NCBI GenBank assembly: GCA_042569785.1
Contig: JBHPGW010000005.1
Span: 3,347 to 67,346 of the forward strand
Length of the DNA: 64,000 bases
From: Planctomycetota bacterium
Lineage (GTDB): Bacteria > Planctomycetota > Phycisphaerae > Sedimentisphaerales > Anaerobacaceae
Direction: 5' to 3'
Below, one piece after another: positions 55,331 to 64,000 of this stretch. Position 1 is the first letter of the stretch; each line of letters begins with the position of its first letter. A program made the position numbers and the translations under genes. Under the pieces are notes generated by a model. The model was not told the DNA's origin. It ran no database searches and saw only the letters and a program-made list of their open reading frames with translations.

Positions 55331-56710
55331 CTACCGCACACCTCTAAAGTCGTATTCGCCCTCAAACAGCAGCTTGTGCAATCCACCAATATGTGATTCA
55401 GCCTTTCTTTTATGATATTCACGTATCAATTCGCTGTTTGCATTGAAAAGCATTTTATAAGCTTCGTCATCTGATACGTTGCTGAAATTAACAGTTAACC
55501 TGTCTGAATTGACATGCTTTTTGTAAAAATCATCAGCATCCTTTATCAGGCCCTTCTCTATTGCATAGTCGTACAAAGGTGTACCCGGAAAAGGAGTCAC
55601 TGGTTTTATCGTTCGATTCTGACAAAAAGTATCATACTGTTTCAATAATGTAAAGCTTTTTTCAAAAGACTCATGAGTATCCCCGATATTGCCAAACAGT
55701 ATATTAACACCAGGCTCAATACCTGCTTCTATTGTGATCTGCAGGCCTCTGTGGATTTGTTCTAAATCCAATTTTTTATTCATCAGTCGCAGAACTTCTT
55801 CATCAGCGGATTCAATTCCATAATTTATGAATCGGCATCCAACTTCTTTTAATCTCTTCAGCATGGCTTTATTAACAATATTGAGCCGACCATTTAAATA
55901 AAATTCTATTTTAAAGTTGTTTTTTTCTATTCCGTCACATATTTCAAAAATCCGTTTCTCATTCACCATGCACAGCTCATCCTGGAACTGAAAATAGTTT
56001 ATGTTATAACGGTCCATCAACATGGCCATTTCTTCCATAACTTTATCAACGCTGCGTAGCCGAATGCTTTTTTCCATTCGATAGCAAAAGTTGCAGGTAT
56101 AAGGGCATCCTCGACTTGAGAATATATTGCCGAATCTATCTGTAGGCTTACTTGGCTCGGCATGATTGCTTATGTAAGATTCCATTGGAAAAAGGTCCCA
56201 CGCCGGAAACGGTATGGTGTCAAGGTCCTGAACAGGCTCAGACTTTTCGTTCAAGTAGACAGAATCCTCAATTCGATACCCAAAGCCCGGCACCTCGCTA
56301 TAGGACTTCTTATTGGCAATAGCCTCAAGCAGGATCGGTAAGGTAAGCTCCGCTTCGCCCAAAGATACAAAATCCGCTTCTAACTTCCTTAGGAAATACT
56401 CCGGTTCAGGAGCAGGCCCATGTCCGCCAAGAATAATAGGCGGCCTGTCCTTAATTGTATTCAACGCCTCACAAACCCTTACTACTTGTTTATAAGAATA
56501 ATACCCACAAATGAAACCTATCCCAATGGCATCAAAATGATTGTTCTTATAAAAATCAACCATCTCCTCAATAGTATAATGGTACACTGCCATATTGTAA
56601 ATGTGAATATCATGTCCTTTTTCTCTGAGAACAGCTGCCAGATAGGCCGGGCCCATCGGAAATGAATTTCGATTTTGATGGTAATCGTGAATAATAAAAG
56701 ACATCTTCAT
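55331..56710 (-). CDS. B12-binding-domain radical SAM enzyme
   Basis: The N-terminal domain has AIGIGFICGY and ILGGHGP. The core has SSRGCPYTCNFCY. Confidence 0.75.
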   Translation of the reverse strand: MKMSFIIHDYHQNRNSFPMGPAYLAAVLREKGHDIHIYNMAVYHYTIEEMVDFYKNNHFDAIGIGFICGYYSYKQVVRVCEALNTIKDRPPIILGGHGPAPEPEYFLRKLEADFVSLGEAELTLPILLEAIANKKSYSEVPGFGYRIEDSVYLNEKSEPVQDLDTIPFPAWDLFPMESYISNHAEPSKPTDRFGNIFSSRGCPYTCNFCYRMEKSIRLRSVDKVMEEMAMLMDRYNINYFQFQDELCMVNEKRIFEICDGIEKNNFKIEFYLNGRLNIVNKAMLKRLKEVGCRFINYGIESADEEVLRLMNKKLDLEQIHRGLQITIEAGIEPGVNILFGNIGDTHESFEKSFTLLKQYDTFCQNRTIKPVTPFPGTPLYDYAIEKGLIKDADDFYKKHVNSDRLTVNFSNVSDDEAYKMLFNANSELIREYHKRKAESHIGGLHKLLFEGEYDFRGVR

Positions 56711-56744
56711 TTTATTTTCCTTCTTAAGTATTTGGTTGAAATAA

Positions 56745-57137
56745 TTACTGACCAGCTATCAAAATAGATGTACGCTCTAAGGCCGCCTCACCTGCCGCCT
56801 TGATAAAATCTTTCGCGGTATCAATATATTCACCTTCGGGAAAGACAGAAGCGTACCATTCGAATCCTATTTTACCAGCTGCTAAAATATCTAAAGGTAT
56901 CTTAACCTGAAAAAGCTTCTCAGCAGCTTTGGAATCAGAATTACAAATCTCTTTATATTTTTCGCGATACATAGCGGTCAAAGGTTTAACAAAATCATCC
57001 ATGAACGATTTAAGAAAATCTTTTCCACTCTGATCGGCTAAGAATTCATTTAGTTCATCTAAATAATATGCAGTAGGTCTTTCTGAACGCCACGCAGAAC
57101 CTTCCACATGAAAATAAAGCTCATTCACTGTAAACAA
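56745..57137 (-). CDS. Hypothetical protein
   Basis: 130 aa. 13-nt overlap with the upstream sulfotransferase gene. No family recognised. Confidence 0.3.
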   Translation of the reverse strand: MFTVNELYFHVEGSAWRSERPTAYYLDELNEFLADQSGKDFLKSFMDDFVKPLTAMYREKYKEICNSDSKAAEKLFQVKIPLDILAAGKIGFEWYASVFPEGEYIDTAKDFIKAAGEAALERTSILIAGQ

Positions 57138-58345
57138 CTCCTTTCTGATGCGTCACCTGTCGGGCTTTGGGCCGTTAATGTATCGTGCACTTTTTCGCTG
57201 ATAAAAAAAAGATTCTTGATCTCTGCGTTCAACAGATTTGTTTCATTAAGCAGATAGTCCCTTACCAGTTCAAGCTGGATCTCGTGTTCATTTACAGTAA
57301 GGTTGTATTTCTTAAGCCAGTCGATTATTTCCTCTTCGTTCTCTTTAAAAGAAGCTATCTGCGAAAGCTTTGCTTTGCCTTTTATTGGCTTATAACCCAA
57401 ATAAGACATCTCTGCTTCGCATAGATATTCGATCATTGCAGTTACATCGTCAGGCAGAAGCTCTTTCCACTTTTCAAGTGACTCTCTGGAAAAGCCGCTA
57501 CCCGGAGCATAGCTGGTATTTTGTTTCCAGAGTTCACCGCTTCCGTTCACATATTTTTCAGGATGCATCAGGTTCTCAGAGAACTGAACACCTAAATGAT
57601 CGCAGATCTTTTCAAACCACTCTCTTGGCGAGTTAACCAAATCTTCATATCTAACCATAAGATAATCAGGGTTATCCTTATTCATAATAGAATAGGCCAC
57701 GCTTTTTCGCCAGTGACGAATAAGAAAAAGCAATGGGTATTTGTCTCCATACTTTTGAAGGTTTCTGCCTGCGTTACGTGAAGCAATTATCGCCCTGGGA
57801 TCTCGAATAGCGTGAACACATTTGAATTTTAATTTGTCGAGACTAAACAGCAGAGAAATAAATTCATCACACCATGCCTCGGTAAAGCCACTATAATCGA
57901 CGTCATCACCACCATCACCGCCATAACTCATAGCCAAAATATCGATCAGATCACGCAGAACATCAACTGTCGAGCCAGGCTTTAGGCGGTCAACCAAAGG
58001 TATTATTTCAGGAGCGCGCTCACTGCCTGCTGTTTCCTGTTGCCAGATGGTAAGTTTTTTCAGTTCTTCGATATCAGCTTCGTTGAAACTAAGCCTTGAA
58101 AATTCCCTGGCAAAAAGTCGTTTAGAATCCGACGGCTCACAAAAGCCCGTTCCAATAGGCTGATTTGGATCAAAGCTATTGCCCAAAACGTCCCTGCTAA
58201 ATATATTTCTGCACAATTTAAAGAAAAAGAAGAAAGGTTCCTGCTGAACAGATATCCTGGGGTGCATATTCAACGCTCTCCCTATAAGCGTCTTACCTGA
58301 ACGTATAGGGCCAAATATAATAATATTTTTTGGATTGCTGTTCAT
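57125..58345 (-). CDS. Sulfotransferase (PAPS-dependent family)
   Basis: IIIFGPIRSGKTLIGRAL is a 5'-PSB-like P-loop (cf. PKSGTT). HAIRDPRAIIAS is 3'-PB-like (cf. RDPRD). Confidence 0.6.
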   Translation of the reverse strand: MNSNPKNIIIFGPIRSGKTLIGRALNMHPRISVQQEPFFFFFKLCRNIFSRDVLGNSFDPNQPIGTGFCEPSDSKRLFAREFSRLSFNEADIEELKKLTIWQQETAGSERAPEIIPLVDRLKPGSTVDVLRDLIDILAMSYGGDGGDDVDYSGFTEAWCDEFISLLFSLDKLKFKCVHAIRDPRAIIASRNAGRNLQKYGDKYPLLFLIRHWRKSVAYSIMNKDNPDYLMVRYEDLVNSPREWFEKICDHLGVQFSENLMHPEKYVNGSGELWKQNTSYAPGSGFSRESLEKWKELLPDDVTAMIEYLCEAEMSYLGYKPIKGKAKLSQIASFKENEEEIIDWLKKYNLTVNEHEIQLELVRDYLLNETNLLNAEIKNLFFISEKVHDTLTAQSPTGDASERSCLQ

Positions 58346-58355
58346 TTTGAATTAC

Positions 58356-59405
58356 TTAGATTTTTTCAGGAGCGTCTTTATCCGCCAAGAAACCCGCATC
58401 CCAGTCTTCCCAGTCTTTTTGCAGTTGGCTTTCATAATCGACATCTGTTCTATAACTGCATCTTGAACAGGCAAAGTAGTCACCACTGCTACCTTGAAGG
58501 TGGGCTGATCGCAATTTTTCTATCTCCTCGCCTTTCCACACATCTACAATTTTCTGTTTGTTCACATCGCCAATATACAGCCTTTCTATACTGTTCGAAC
58601 AGGGCTGGACTCGGCCGTCAGAGCCTATAAATAATCTTTCCCACGGGTATTGACAGAGATAATCTTCATGAAATTTAGTTTCTTCTGTTATCCTGTAATC
58701 TTTTACCGGGTTGCTAACGATCTTGTCAGCGATTTGGGTCATTTTATCAAAATATTCTTTCGGGTTTTGTGATATCGCAGGCCATAATCCTGTAACACGG
58801 ATTTGCGGTCTTTTCTTGTTGGCCTTGTCCCTGATAGCTTTTAAAGTTGATATTTTTTTATAAACATCATCAAACTTTAGCGGAGCACGAATATTATCAT
58901 ATACTTCACCAACACCATCGACCGAAAAGGAAATATAATCAAGCCCACAATCAACCAGTTGTTTCGATAATTTATCGTCAAGTTTCAGCCCATTGGTAAG
59001 AAAAGACACATTCGGTATTTTCTTTTTGACCTTTATATACCGAACAAACTCGCCAAACTCCGGATGCGTCAACGACTCGCCACGCCAACTTAAGCGGGCA
59101 GAAAACAAATGATACTCCGAACACTCATCAACTATCTTTTTGAATAGCTCAAAGTCCATATGCCCGTATTCTGAAGTATCTGCGTGACGCCTCGGACACA
59201 TCGGACACGCCAAATCACACACAGATGATACCTCTATATCAACATGCAAAGGAAATTCCGCAACTTTGCCCATACGAGGATAGTAATACCACTGATGGCG
59301 ATTATGTAAATACTTAAGTAGATTCCCCTGCTTTTCTATAAAACCCCACGTCCTGTCTGACGAGTCTATCTCTTTTTGAAACCAGTTTATTTTGACTTCT
59401 CTCAT
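58356..59405 (-). CDS. Radical SAM enzyme with SPASM/twitch-like C-terminal domain
   Basis: EVSSVCDLACPMCPR (CX3CX2C). The C-terminal region is LCQYPWERLFIGSDGRVQPCS...ACSRCS. Confidence 0.7.
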   Translation of the reverse strand: MREVKINWFQKEIDSSDRTWGFIEKQGNLLKYLHNRHQWYYYPRMGKVAEFPLHVDIEVSSVCDLACPMCPRRHADTSEYGHMDFELFKKIVDECSEYHLFSARLSWRGESLTHPEFGEFVRYIKVKKKIPNVSFLTNGLKLDDKLSKQLVDCGLDYISFSVDGVGEVYDNIRAPLKFDDVYKKISTLKAIRDKANKKRPQIRVTGLWPAISQNPKEYFDKMTQIADKIVSNPVKDYRITEETKFHEDYLCQYPWERLFIGSDGRVQPCSNSIERLYIGDVNKQKIVDVWKGEEIEKLRSAHLQGSSGDYFACSRCSYRTDVDYESQLQKDWEDWDAGFLADKDAPEKI

Positions 59406-59449
59406 TCAACACCTAAAAACAAATATTGACACAAATTTTCTTTCTTACC

Positions 59450-60487
59450 TCAATCAGCTATAAGCCTGTAAATTGCTTGCACACATTTATCTGTTCCGCT
59501 TGTTACAGAACTCAGTGCTGAAACTGACAGTTTATTTAATAATTCTCTATCCTGCAAAAGTGCTCTTATTTTCAGCTTCAATTCATTAATATCAAAATGG
59601 TGGACCGATCCTATTGGGATACATGCATCCAATGATGCAAAATAGTCTATTGTACGCTCTTCATGCGGCTCATTGGCAAAAGCTATCGCAGGCAAGCCCA
59701 TCGTGCAAACTTCATATAAAGTAATACCTCCTGCGCAAATAATGATATCCATCGTATCGAGTTCCTTGTGAAAATTCACAGGCGAATGCTGTACCAAGAC
59801 GTCACGATCTATCGAATCTAAAAGTGCAGACAATTCTTCCTGATGCAAAAAGTGAGGTCCTGCAAAAATGTTAAACTTGTACTTATCTGGAGGCATTTCA
59901 CAAACAGCTTTTAGAATTACCACAGTAGAACCGTGGCTGTCACTGCCGCCCATTGTAATGCCAACCGAAAGGCATTTATCTTTCGGGATGCTCCTTGGCT
60001 TTCGATATCTCATCACCTCAGGACTCAGAATGCTATAATCGAAACCTTCCAGAATCTCTGCCTTGACTTCATTTCTTTCATACCCCCCCCAGCTATCGGC
60101 GATTGAGTTGATGACTAAATCCGCTTTTACCAAACCTCCTTCGGTATCATCGAAGCACACAACCTTAATATTTCTTTGCTTTACCAACTCAATCCATTCA
60201 GGCTGCGTGGATAATATATCGAAAATCCAGAGCATCGGCAACTCATCGCTTTGTTTAAGAGATGAGTTTATAATTTCCTGTTCACTCATTGAAATAGGAT
60301 AAGATAAGTACTTAAACGCTTTGTCCTGCAAAATCTCTTCCGCTGCTTGATTGCTTCTGATGATAAAAGTAACCTCAACACCATCTGCGATCAGAATTTC
60401 AGCCAAGATGGACATTCGAAATATATGTCCCATACCACGTGTGTGGTCGGCATCTAATCTTATGTAAACTTTTCGCTGTTCAGGCAT
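59450..60487 (-). CDS. PseG/SpsG-like UDP-sugar hydrolase (GT28-C-like fold)
   Basis: Preferred start is the ATG at 60487. RLDADHTRGMGHIFRMSILAEIL matches the G-x-GH-xxR N-terminal motif of PseG/SpsG. The C-terminal region has ICAGGITLYE. Confidence 0.55.
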   Translation of the reverse strand: MPEQRKVYIRLDADHTRGMGHIFRMSILAEILIADGVEVTFIIRSNQAAEEILQDKAFKYLSYPISMSEQEIINSSLKQSDELPMLWIFDILSTQPEWIELVKQRNIKVVCFDDTEGGLVKADLVINSIADSWGGYERNEVKAEILEGFDYSILSPEVMRYRKPRSIPKDKCLSVGITMGGSDSHGSTVVILKAVCEMPPDKYKFNIFAGPHFLHQEELSALLDSIDRDVLVQHSPVNFHKELDTMDIIICAGGITLYEVCTMGLPAIAFANEPHEERTIDYFASLDACIPIGSVHHFDINELKLKIRALLQDRELLNKLSVSALSSVTSGTDKCVQAIYRLIAD

Positions 60488-61184
60488 TTCGGGAACTGGC
60501 CCACCAATCAATAATATCTTTTGTCGTACAGTCTACCAATGGAATATTGATTTCCCTGCCGATACGTTCTATAAACTCGAAATCTTCTATTGTGTCAACC
60601 GTCAATCTTAGATCAGGGCAGTTATTACGACTCAGGCATGGAAGTTTTTTTACTCTGAACTGACCCGGGTTGTCAAAAACATAATCATTAATATGCTCTC
60701 TATATTCCTGCTTCAGGCCTTTTTGCCGTATCAACTCCAGCGTACTAAAAGTAAACGCCTCAACTCCTGCGCCTATTGGCAATGACTGTCCGTTAACCTG
60801 CTCGAATCCACTGACATAGTCCCATCGCCCGGAGTTTATTTCTTCACCAACTCTTTCTGCTTCTTCAGTATCAACCAAAGGATTGTCGCCCGTAGCCCTG
60901 ATGATCAACTCCACTTCAAACTTAATCGCAGCACCATAAAAACGCTCCAATACATCGTCCTCTGATCCACGAAAACAAAGGACCCTTTCGCTATTGGCCA
61001 GATCCTCAACTCTATCATCTTGTGGTAAAGTCGAGGTTGCTACAATCAGAGGAATTTCTCGGCCGATTTTTTTTAGTCGGCGGATTCCATAACAGAGCAA
61101 AGGTATACCCTGTAATTCTTTCAGAATTTTCTCAGGCAACCTCTGTGATCCCATCCTGGCCTGTAATATGATTGCGATCTTCAT
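60480..61184 (-). CDS. Acylneuraminate-type cytidylyltransferase (SpsF/PseF-like)
   Basis: MKIAIILQARMGSQRLPEKILKEL is the family signature. Start and stop are coupled to the neighbouring genes. Confidence 0.75.
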   Translation of the reverse strand: MKIAIILQARMGSQRLPEKILKELQGIPLLCYGIRRLKKIGREIPLIVATSTLPQDDRVEDLANSERVLCFRGSEDDVLERFYGAAIKFEVELIIRATGDNPLVDTEEAERVGEEINSGRWDYVSGFEQVNGQSLPIGAGVEAFTFSTLELIRQKGLKQEYREHINDYVFDNPGQFRVKKLPCLSRNNCPDLRLTVDTIEDFEFIERIGREINIPLVDCTTKDIIDWWASSRNA

Positions 61185-62218
61185 TATATAAGTTCAAAAC
61201 TCAACAATTCATCCTTTCGGACATTATTTTTGAGCGTTTTGTTGACAAATTGTTCCATATATTTTGGTGCAACTCCGGTACCTGGACGCATTATCTTAAT
61301 ATCCTCTCGTCGAAGGACATCGCCCTTGTTCAAGTTGCGTGATGCTATCAGGCTTTTTCTCGCGTTTCTTCTCCACTTTTCTTCGATGGACGTTACTGTT
61401 TTTTCTTCAACGCCACGCAATACCGGAATCAAACGAATCTCATCGACCATTTGTTTTAACTCTGCTGGATCAAGCGCCACCTGATAATCGGGCCTCTTAA
61501 GACTGCGGTCGAGTGTAAAATGAACTTCAACAACATCTGCCCCCGTAGCCGCCGCCAGCACATTCGGAAATACTCCCTGTACATGATTAGAATAGCCAGC
61601 CACAACACCAAACCTACGCTGTAAAGCAGTGATAACTCTCAAGTTGGCATGCTCTGCCGGACTTGGGTAAGAAACCGTACAATGCAATAATATCAACTGC
61701 TCATTGCCTGTACTCAATACGGTATTTACCGCTTGCTCAACTTCTTCAAGATCAGACATGCCAGTAGAAACGATCATCGGCTTACCTTTTTCAGCGATAT
61801 ATTCCAAAAACGGATAATTCGTAAGATCATCAGAGCCCGTCTTAAAAGCTGGCACACCCAAACTGTCCAGGAAATCCACATCCGAAGCGTCACTCGGAGT
61901 TGAAAAAAAAGTGATCCCTAACTCTTTGGCGTATCCTGCCATCTCAACATGGCAATCTTCGGATATCTCATATTTCTTAAAAAAATCATATTGAGACATC
62001 TTCGTTCCATCGCTAAATTCAAACACCGAATCCCGATGCGCCATCGTTTCCGCTTTATACGTCTGAACCTTCACCGCATCTGCCCCCGCTTCTGCCGAAA
62101 GCCTGATCATTTCTTTCATACCATCGAGGTCTTCATACATCGCTCCAAGTTCAGAAATAATATAACATGAACATCCGGAACCAGTGATTTTTGAACCTAT
62201 TTTCACTTTGTTTTGCAT
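61184..62218 (-). CDS. NeuB-family nonulosonic acid synthase (NeuB/PseI/SpsE) with C-terminal SAF domain
   Basis: YIISELGAMYEDLDG, GADAVKVQTY, FKTGSDDLTN and MIVSTGMS, with the C-terminal SAF region IASRNLNKGDVLRREDIKIMRPG. Confidence 0.85.
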   Translation of the reverse strand: MQNKVKIGSKITGSGCSCYIISELGAMYEDLDGMKEMIRLSAEAGADAVKVQTYKAETMAHRDSVFEFSDGTKMSQYDFFKKYEISEDCHVEMAGYAKELGITFFSTPSDASDVDFLDSLGVPAFKTGSDDLTNYPFLEYIAEKGKPMIVSTGMSDLEEVEQAVNTVLSTGNEQLILLHCTVSYPSPAEHANLRVITALQRRFGVVAGYSNHVQGVFPNVLAAATGADVVEVHFTLDRSLKRPDYQVALDPAELKQMVDEIRLIPVLRGVEEKTVTSIEEKWRRNARKSLIASRNLNKGDVLRREDIKIMRPGTGVAPKYMEQFVNKTLKNNVRKDELLSFELI

Positions 62219-62251
62219 AATACCTTTTTCATTTATTAGCCTTCATCTCAC

Positions 62252-63358
62252 CTACTGAAAAACAATAGTGTCACCTTTTGCACTATAGAGTTCTCTTTGT
62301 AAAAATGCTCTGGAGGCAGTAAATGGTCTTAGTAACTCACTTTGGTCAAGCATTTTAATGAGTATTCTCAAATAAGCTTTTTCTGAGCCATGGAATCCAT
62401 CTGTAACTTCATGGTCATTTGAATCACAGGATGAAAGATTGGGGAAATTAAAAAAATCAAATCCATGTCGCAGAAAAACTGTTTGCATACGATCGGGAAG
62501 TTTTCGTAAATACTCGTGATCACCCTGTTCCATCATATAACTCCACACTGCATCTGCAAAGGGTGGCAAAAACCCCACAACAACGATATCACGTTGTTTG
62601 CAATAAACAAGTAATTTGTCGAGTTCATCCAGTGACTTTTGACTGACCTCTGAGGCATGTTCAAAGGGATTGATTCCATTTTTGATTCTCATACGCGAAT
62701 TATTAAAGCCATAATCAGGAGCTTTTGGACTGCCCTGTCCACCATCATCAATAAATTTTTTGTAATAATAACTACCGTCATACCGAAAGCCGCTACCGTT
62801 CGTAATCGCTTTTATGCCGATGTTTGTCTGTTTCTTTAGCAGTTTACCTGCCTCGATTTTCCCATTTATGATGTCCCAATAAAGTCGCCTCCATGTCTTT
62901 GTAATCATATCCACTGCGTCAATATCCGCCATTTGCGAATCCATAGTATATTCACAGTCAAAATTAGGATTTAAAAAAACATGATTAAATCCGACAATCA
63001 ATAGCTTTGGCGTTGCTTCGTCTGGGATAAGGGACAGAAATCTGCGGTAATCTAATATTTCCTCGACGGCCCCGCCGCAATTATAAAAGGAACTGGTGAA
63101 CATTTGAGAGCGGAACTGCATAACACGAGAAGTGCCAAGGACAAGAATGTCTGGCTTCCGTTTTAAGTATGCTGCAAGTTTCAAATAAGGTTGCCGGTCG
63201 CTGTACGCTGTGCCGTAGACGCACTGAATTGTTTGTTTTTGAACAACACGATCAATTGAGGTGCATTCCCCCCCATGCCATAAAAGAGCAACCGGAATGC
63301 CTATAATGATCGCAAACGGCGTAGCAAAAATCATTAATTTAATTGTAAGTTTCCACAT
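62252..63358 (-). CDS. Membrane-anchored SGNH/DltD-like putative acyl-transfer partner of the MBOAT
   Basis: N-terminal TM helix, ILVLGTSRV (Ser-nucleophile-like) and a C-terminal TDGFHGS (DxxH). It lies directly downstream of the MBOAT gene. Confidence 0.4.
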   Translation of the reverse strand: MWKLTIKLMIFATPFAIIIGIPVALLWHGGECTSIDRVVQKQTIQCVYGTAYSDRQPYLKLAAYLKRKPDILVLGTSRVMQFRSQMFTSSFYNCGGAVEEILDYRRFLSLIPDEATPKLLIVGFNHVFLNPNFDCEYTMDSQMADIDAVDMITKTWRRLYWDIINGKIEAGKLLKKQTNIGIKAITNGSGFRYDGSYYYKKFIDDGGQGSPKAPDYGFNNSRMRIKNGINPFEHASEVSQKSLDELDKLLVYCKQRDIVVVGFLPPFADAVWSYMMEQGDHEYLRKLPDRMQTVFLRHGFDFFNFPNLSSCDSNDHEVTDGFHGSEKAYLRILIKMLDQSELLRPFTASRAFLQRELYSAKGDTIVFQ

Positions 63359-63364
63359 ATTGTA

Positions 63365-64000
63365 TCAAAACTGAAAATAAATAAATTCCTGTTTCCCAAA
63401 AACACCGAAGAACAAAATACCAAAAAATAACATATTATAAACCGCCCAGCGTATAATGAGAGGCTGTTCTCCTACGAGACAAGGCATTGGCCGCTTTCGT
63501 TCCAGAAGGTGAACCACCTCCATAAAGACTATCCCTGAAAGAGCGATTATTAAATACAGTTTAGATACCGGAGCAGCTACTGCTGCCAATGAAGACCCTC
63601 TAAGATCACAGGCACTTCGTATATGTACAATTACATCCTGCAATGATTTTGACCTGAACAATACCCAGGCAAAAACAACTAAATGAAATGTTATGGTCAC
63701 TTGTGCAATTTTGAGCAGTTTCGGAAATCGGTTAAGCTTAGTTAAGTGAACAAGTCCATTTCGTAGCGGCCTTAAATATATTCCCATAATCAAATATATA
63801 CCATGTAATAGCCCCCATGCGAGGAATGTCCAATTTGCTCCATGCCATAATCCACTGAGAAAAAAGACCACAATGATGTTGCGCAACCATTTAGCCTTTG
63901 AACAACGGTTGCCACCGAGAGAAAAATAAACATAGTTCTTGAACCAACTCGATAAAGTTATATGCCACCGCTGCCAAAATTCAGCCAGTGATTTTGAAAA
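63365..64000 (-). CDS. MBOAT-family membrane O-acyltransferase (AlgI/DltB-like), C-terminal part; gene runs off the right edge
   Basis: The track ORF begins at a TTG (63886), but the frame stays open to position 64000. My translation is FSKSLAEFWQRWHITLSSWFKNYVYFSLGGNRCSKAKWLRNIIVVFFLSGLWHGANW, the MBOAT signature including the conserved His. Confidence 0.8.
   Translation of the reverse strand, partial: FSKSLAEFWQRWHITLSSWFKNYVYFSLGGNRCSKAKWLRNIIVVFFLSGLWHGANWTFLAWGLLHGIYLIMGIYLRPLRNGLVHLTKLNRFPKLLKIAQVTITFHLVVFAWVLFRSKSLQDVIVHIRSACDLRGSSLAAVAAPVSKLYLIIALSGIVFMEVVHLLERKRPMPCLVGEQPLIIRWAVYNMLFFGILFFGVFGKQEFIYFQF

Noticed and set aside
1-64000. CRISPR arrays, rRNA genes, IS/transposase genes, reverse transcriptase/retron
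   Set aside because: I looked for regularly spaced direct repeats, rRNA-like conserved blocks, DDE/HUH transposase motifs and YxDD RT motifs in the ORF set, and found none. The only clustered short repeats are the iteron-like 11-mers around the orc1/cdc6-like gene.

Overview
All calls come from reading the ORF-track translations and the DNA by eye; no searches were run, so family names are motif-level recognitions and not database hits. The window has two parts.

Part 1 (about 1-24.9 kb) looks like an integrated mobile or accessory island.
- It starts with an excisionase-like HTH gene and a tyrosine integrase that runs off the left edge, and ends with a second, short tyrosine recombinase at 24097-24822.
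- It carries many conflict-type or eukaryote/archaea-like modules.
- The largest is a tightly packed minus-strand operon (about 1.5-11.6 kb). It holds a 945-aa tubulin/FtsZ-like GTPase, a signal-peptide/vWA/TM/FHA-like protein, a HerA/FtsK-like ATPase with a C-terminal winged helix, a Cys-rich zinc protein, small membrane proteins, a stand-alone RuvB paralog, an HTH protein and a SplB-type radical SAM enzyme.
- The island also encodes a STAND-like NTPase with about 40-aa tandem repeats and a second HerA/FtsK-wHTH two-gene module.
- A full-length Orc1/Cdc6-type initiator is flanked by 11-bp iteron-like repeats.
- A Ubl-E2-JAB-E1 operon follows the Bil/PRTRC-like order, and its E2 is fused to a 21-Cys CxxC-repeat tail.
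- A DUF2958 gene is also present.

Part 2 (about 25-64 kb) is a mostly minus-strand surface-glycan locus.
- Recognisable core genes are a WbaP-type initiating transferase, FnlA/B/C (CapE/F/G) for UDP-L-FucNAc, GT4/GT2/GT-C transferases, a Wzy/O-antigen-ligase-like protein, AsnB plus a heparinase II/III-like protein, and a NeuB/cytidylyltransferase/PseG-like nonulosonic-acid trio.
- There is also a PIG-L deacetylase, a CBS-nucleotidyltransferase, and an MBOAT/SGNH pair that runs off the right edge.
- It is unusually rich in tailoring enzymes: six radical SAM enzymes (four SPASM/twitch-type, two B12-binding), four SAM methyltransferases and a sulfotransferase.

I recognised no rRNA, tRNA, CRISPR array or transposase. 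The best candidates for an undescribed system are the tubulin-like/vWA-FHA/HerA/RuvB/radical-SAM operon and the atypical Ubl-E2(Cys-rich)-JAB-E1 operon.
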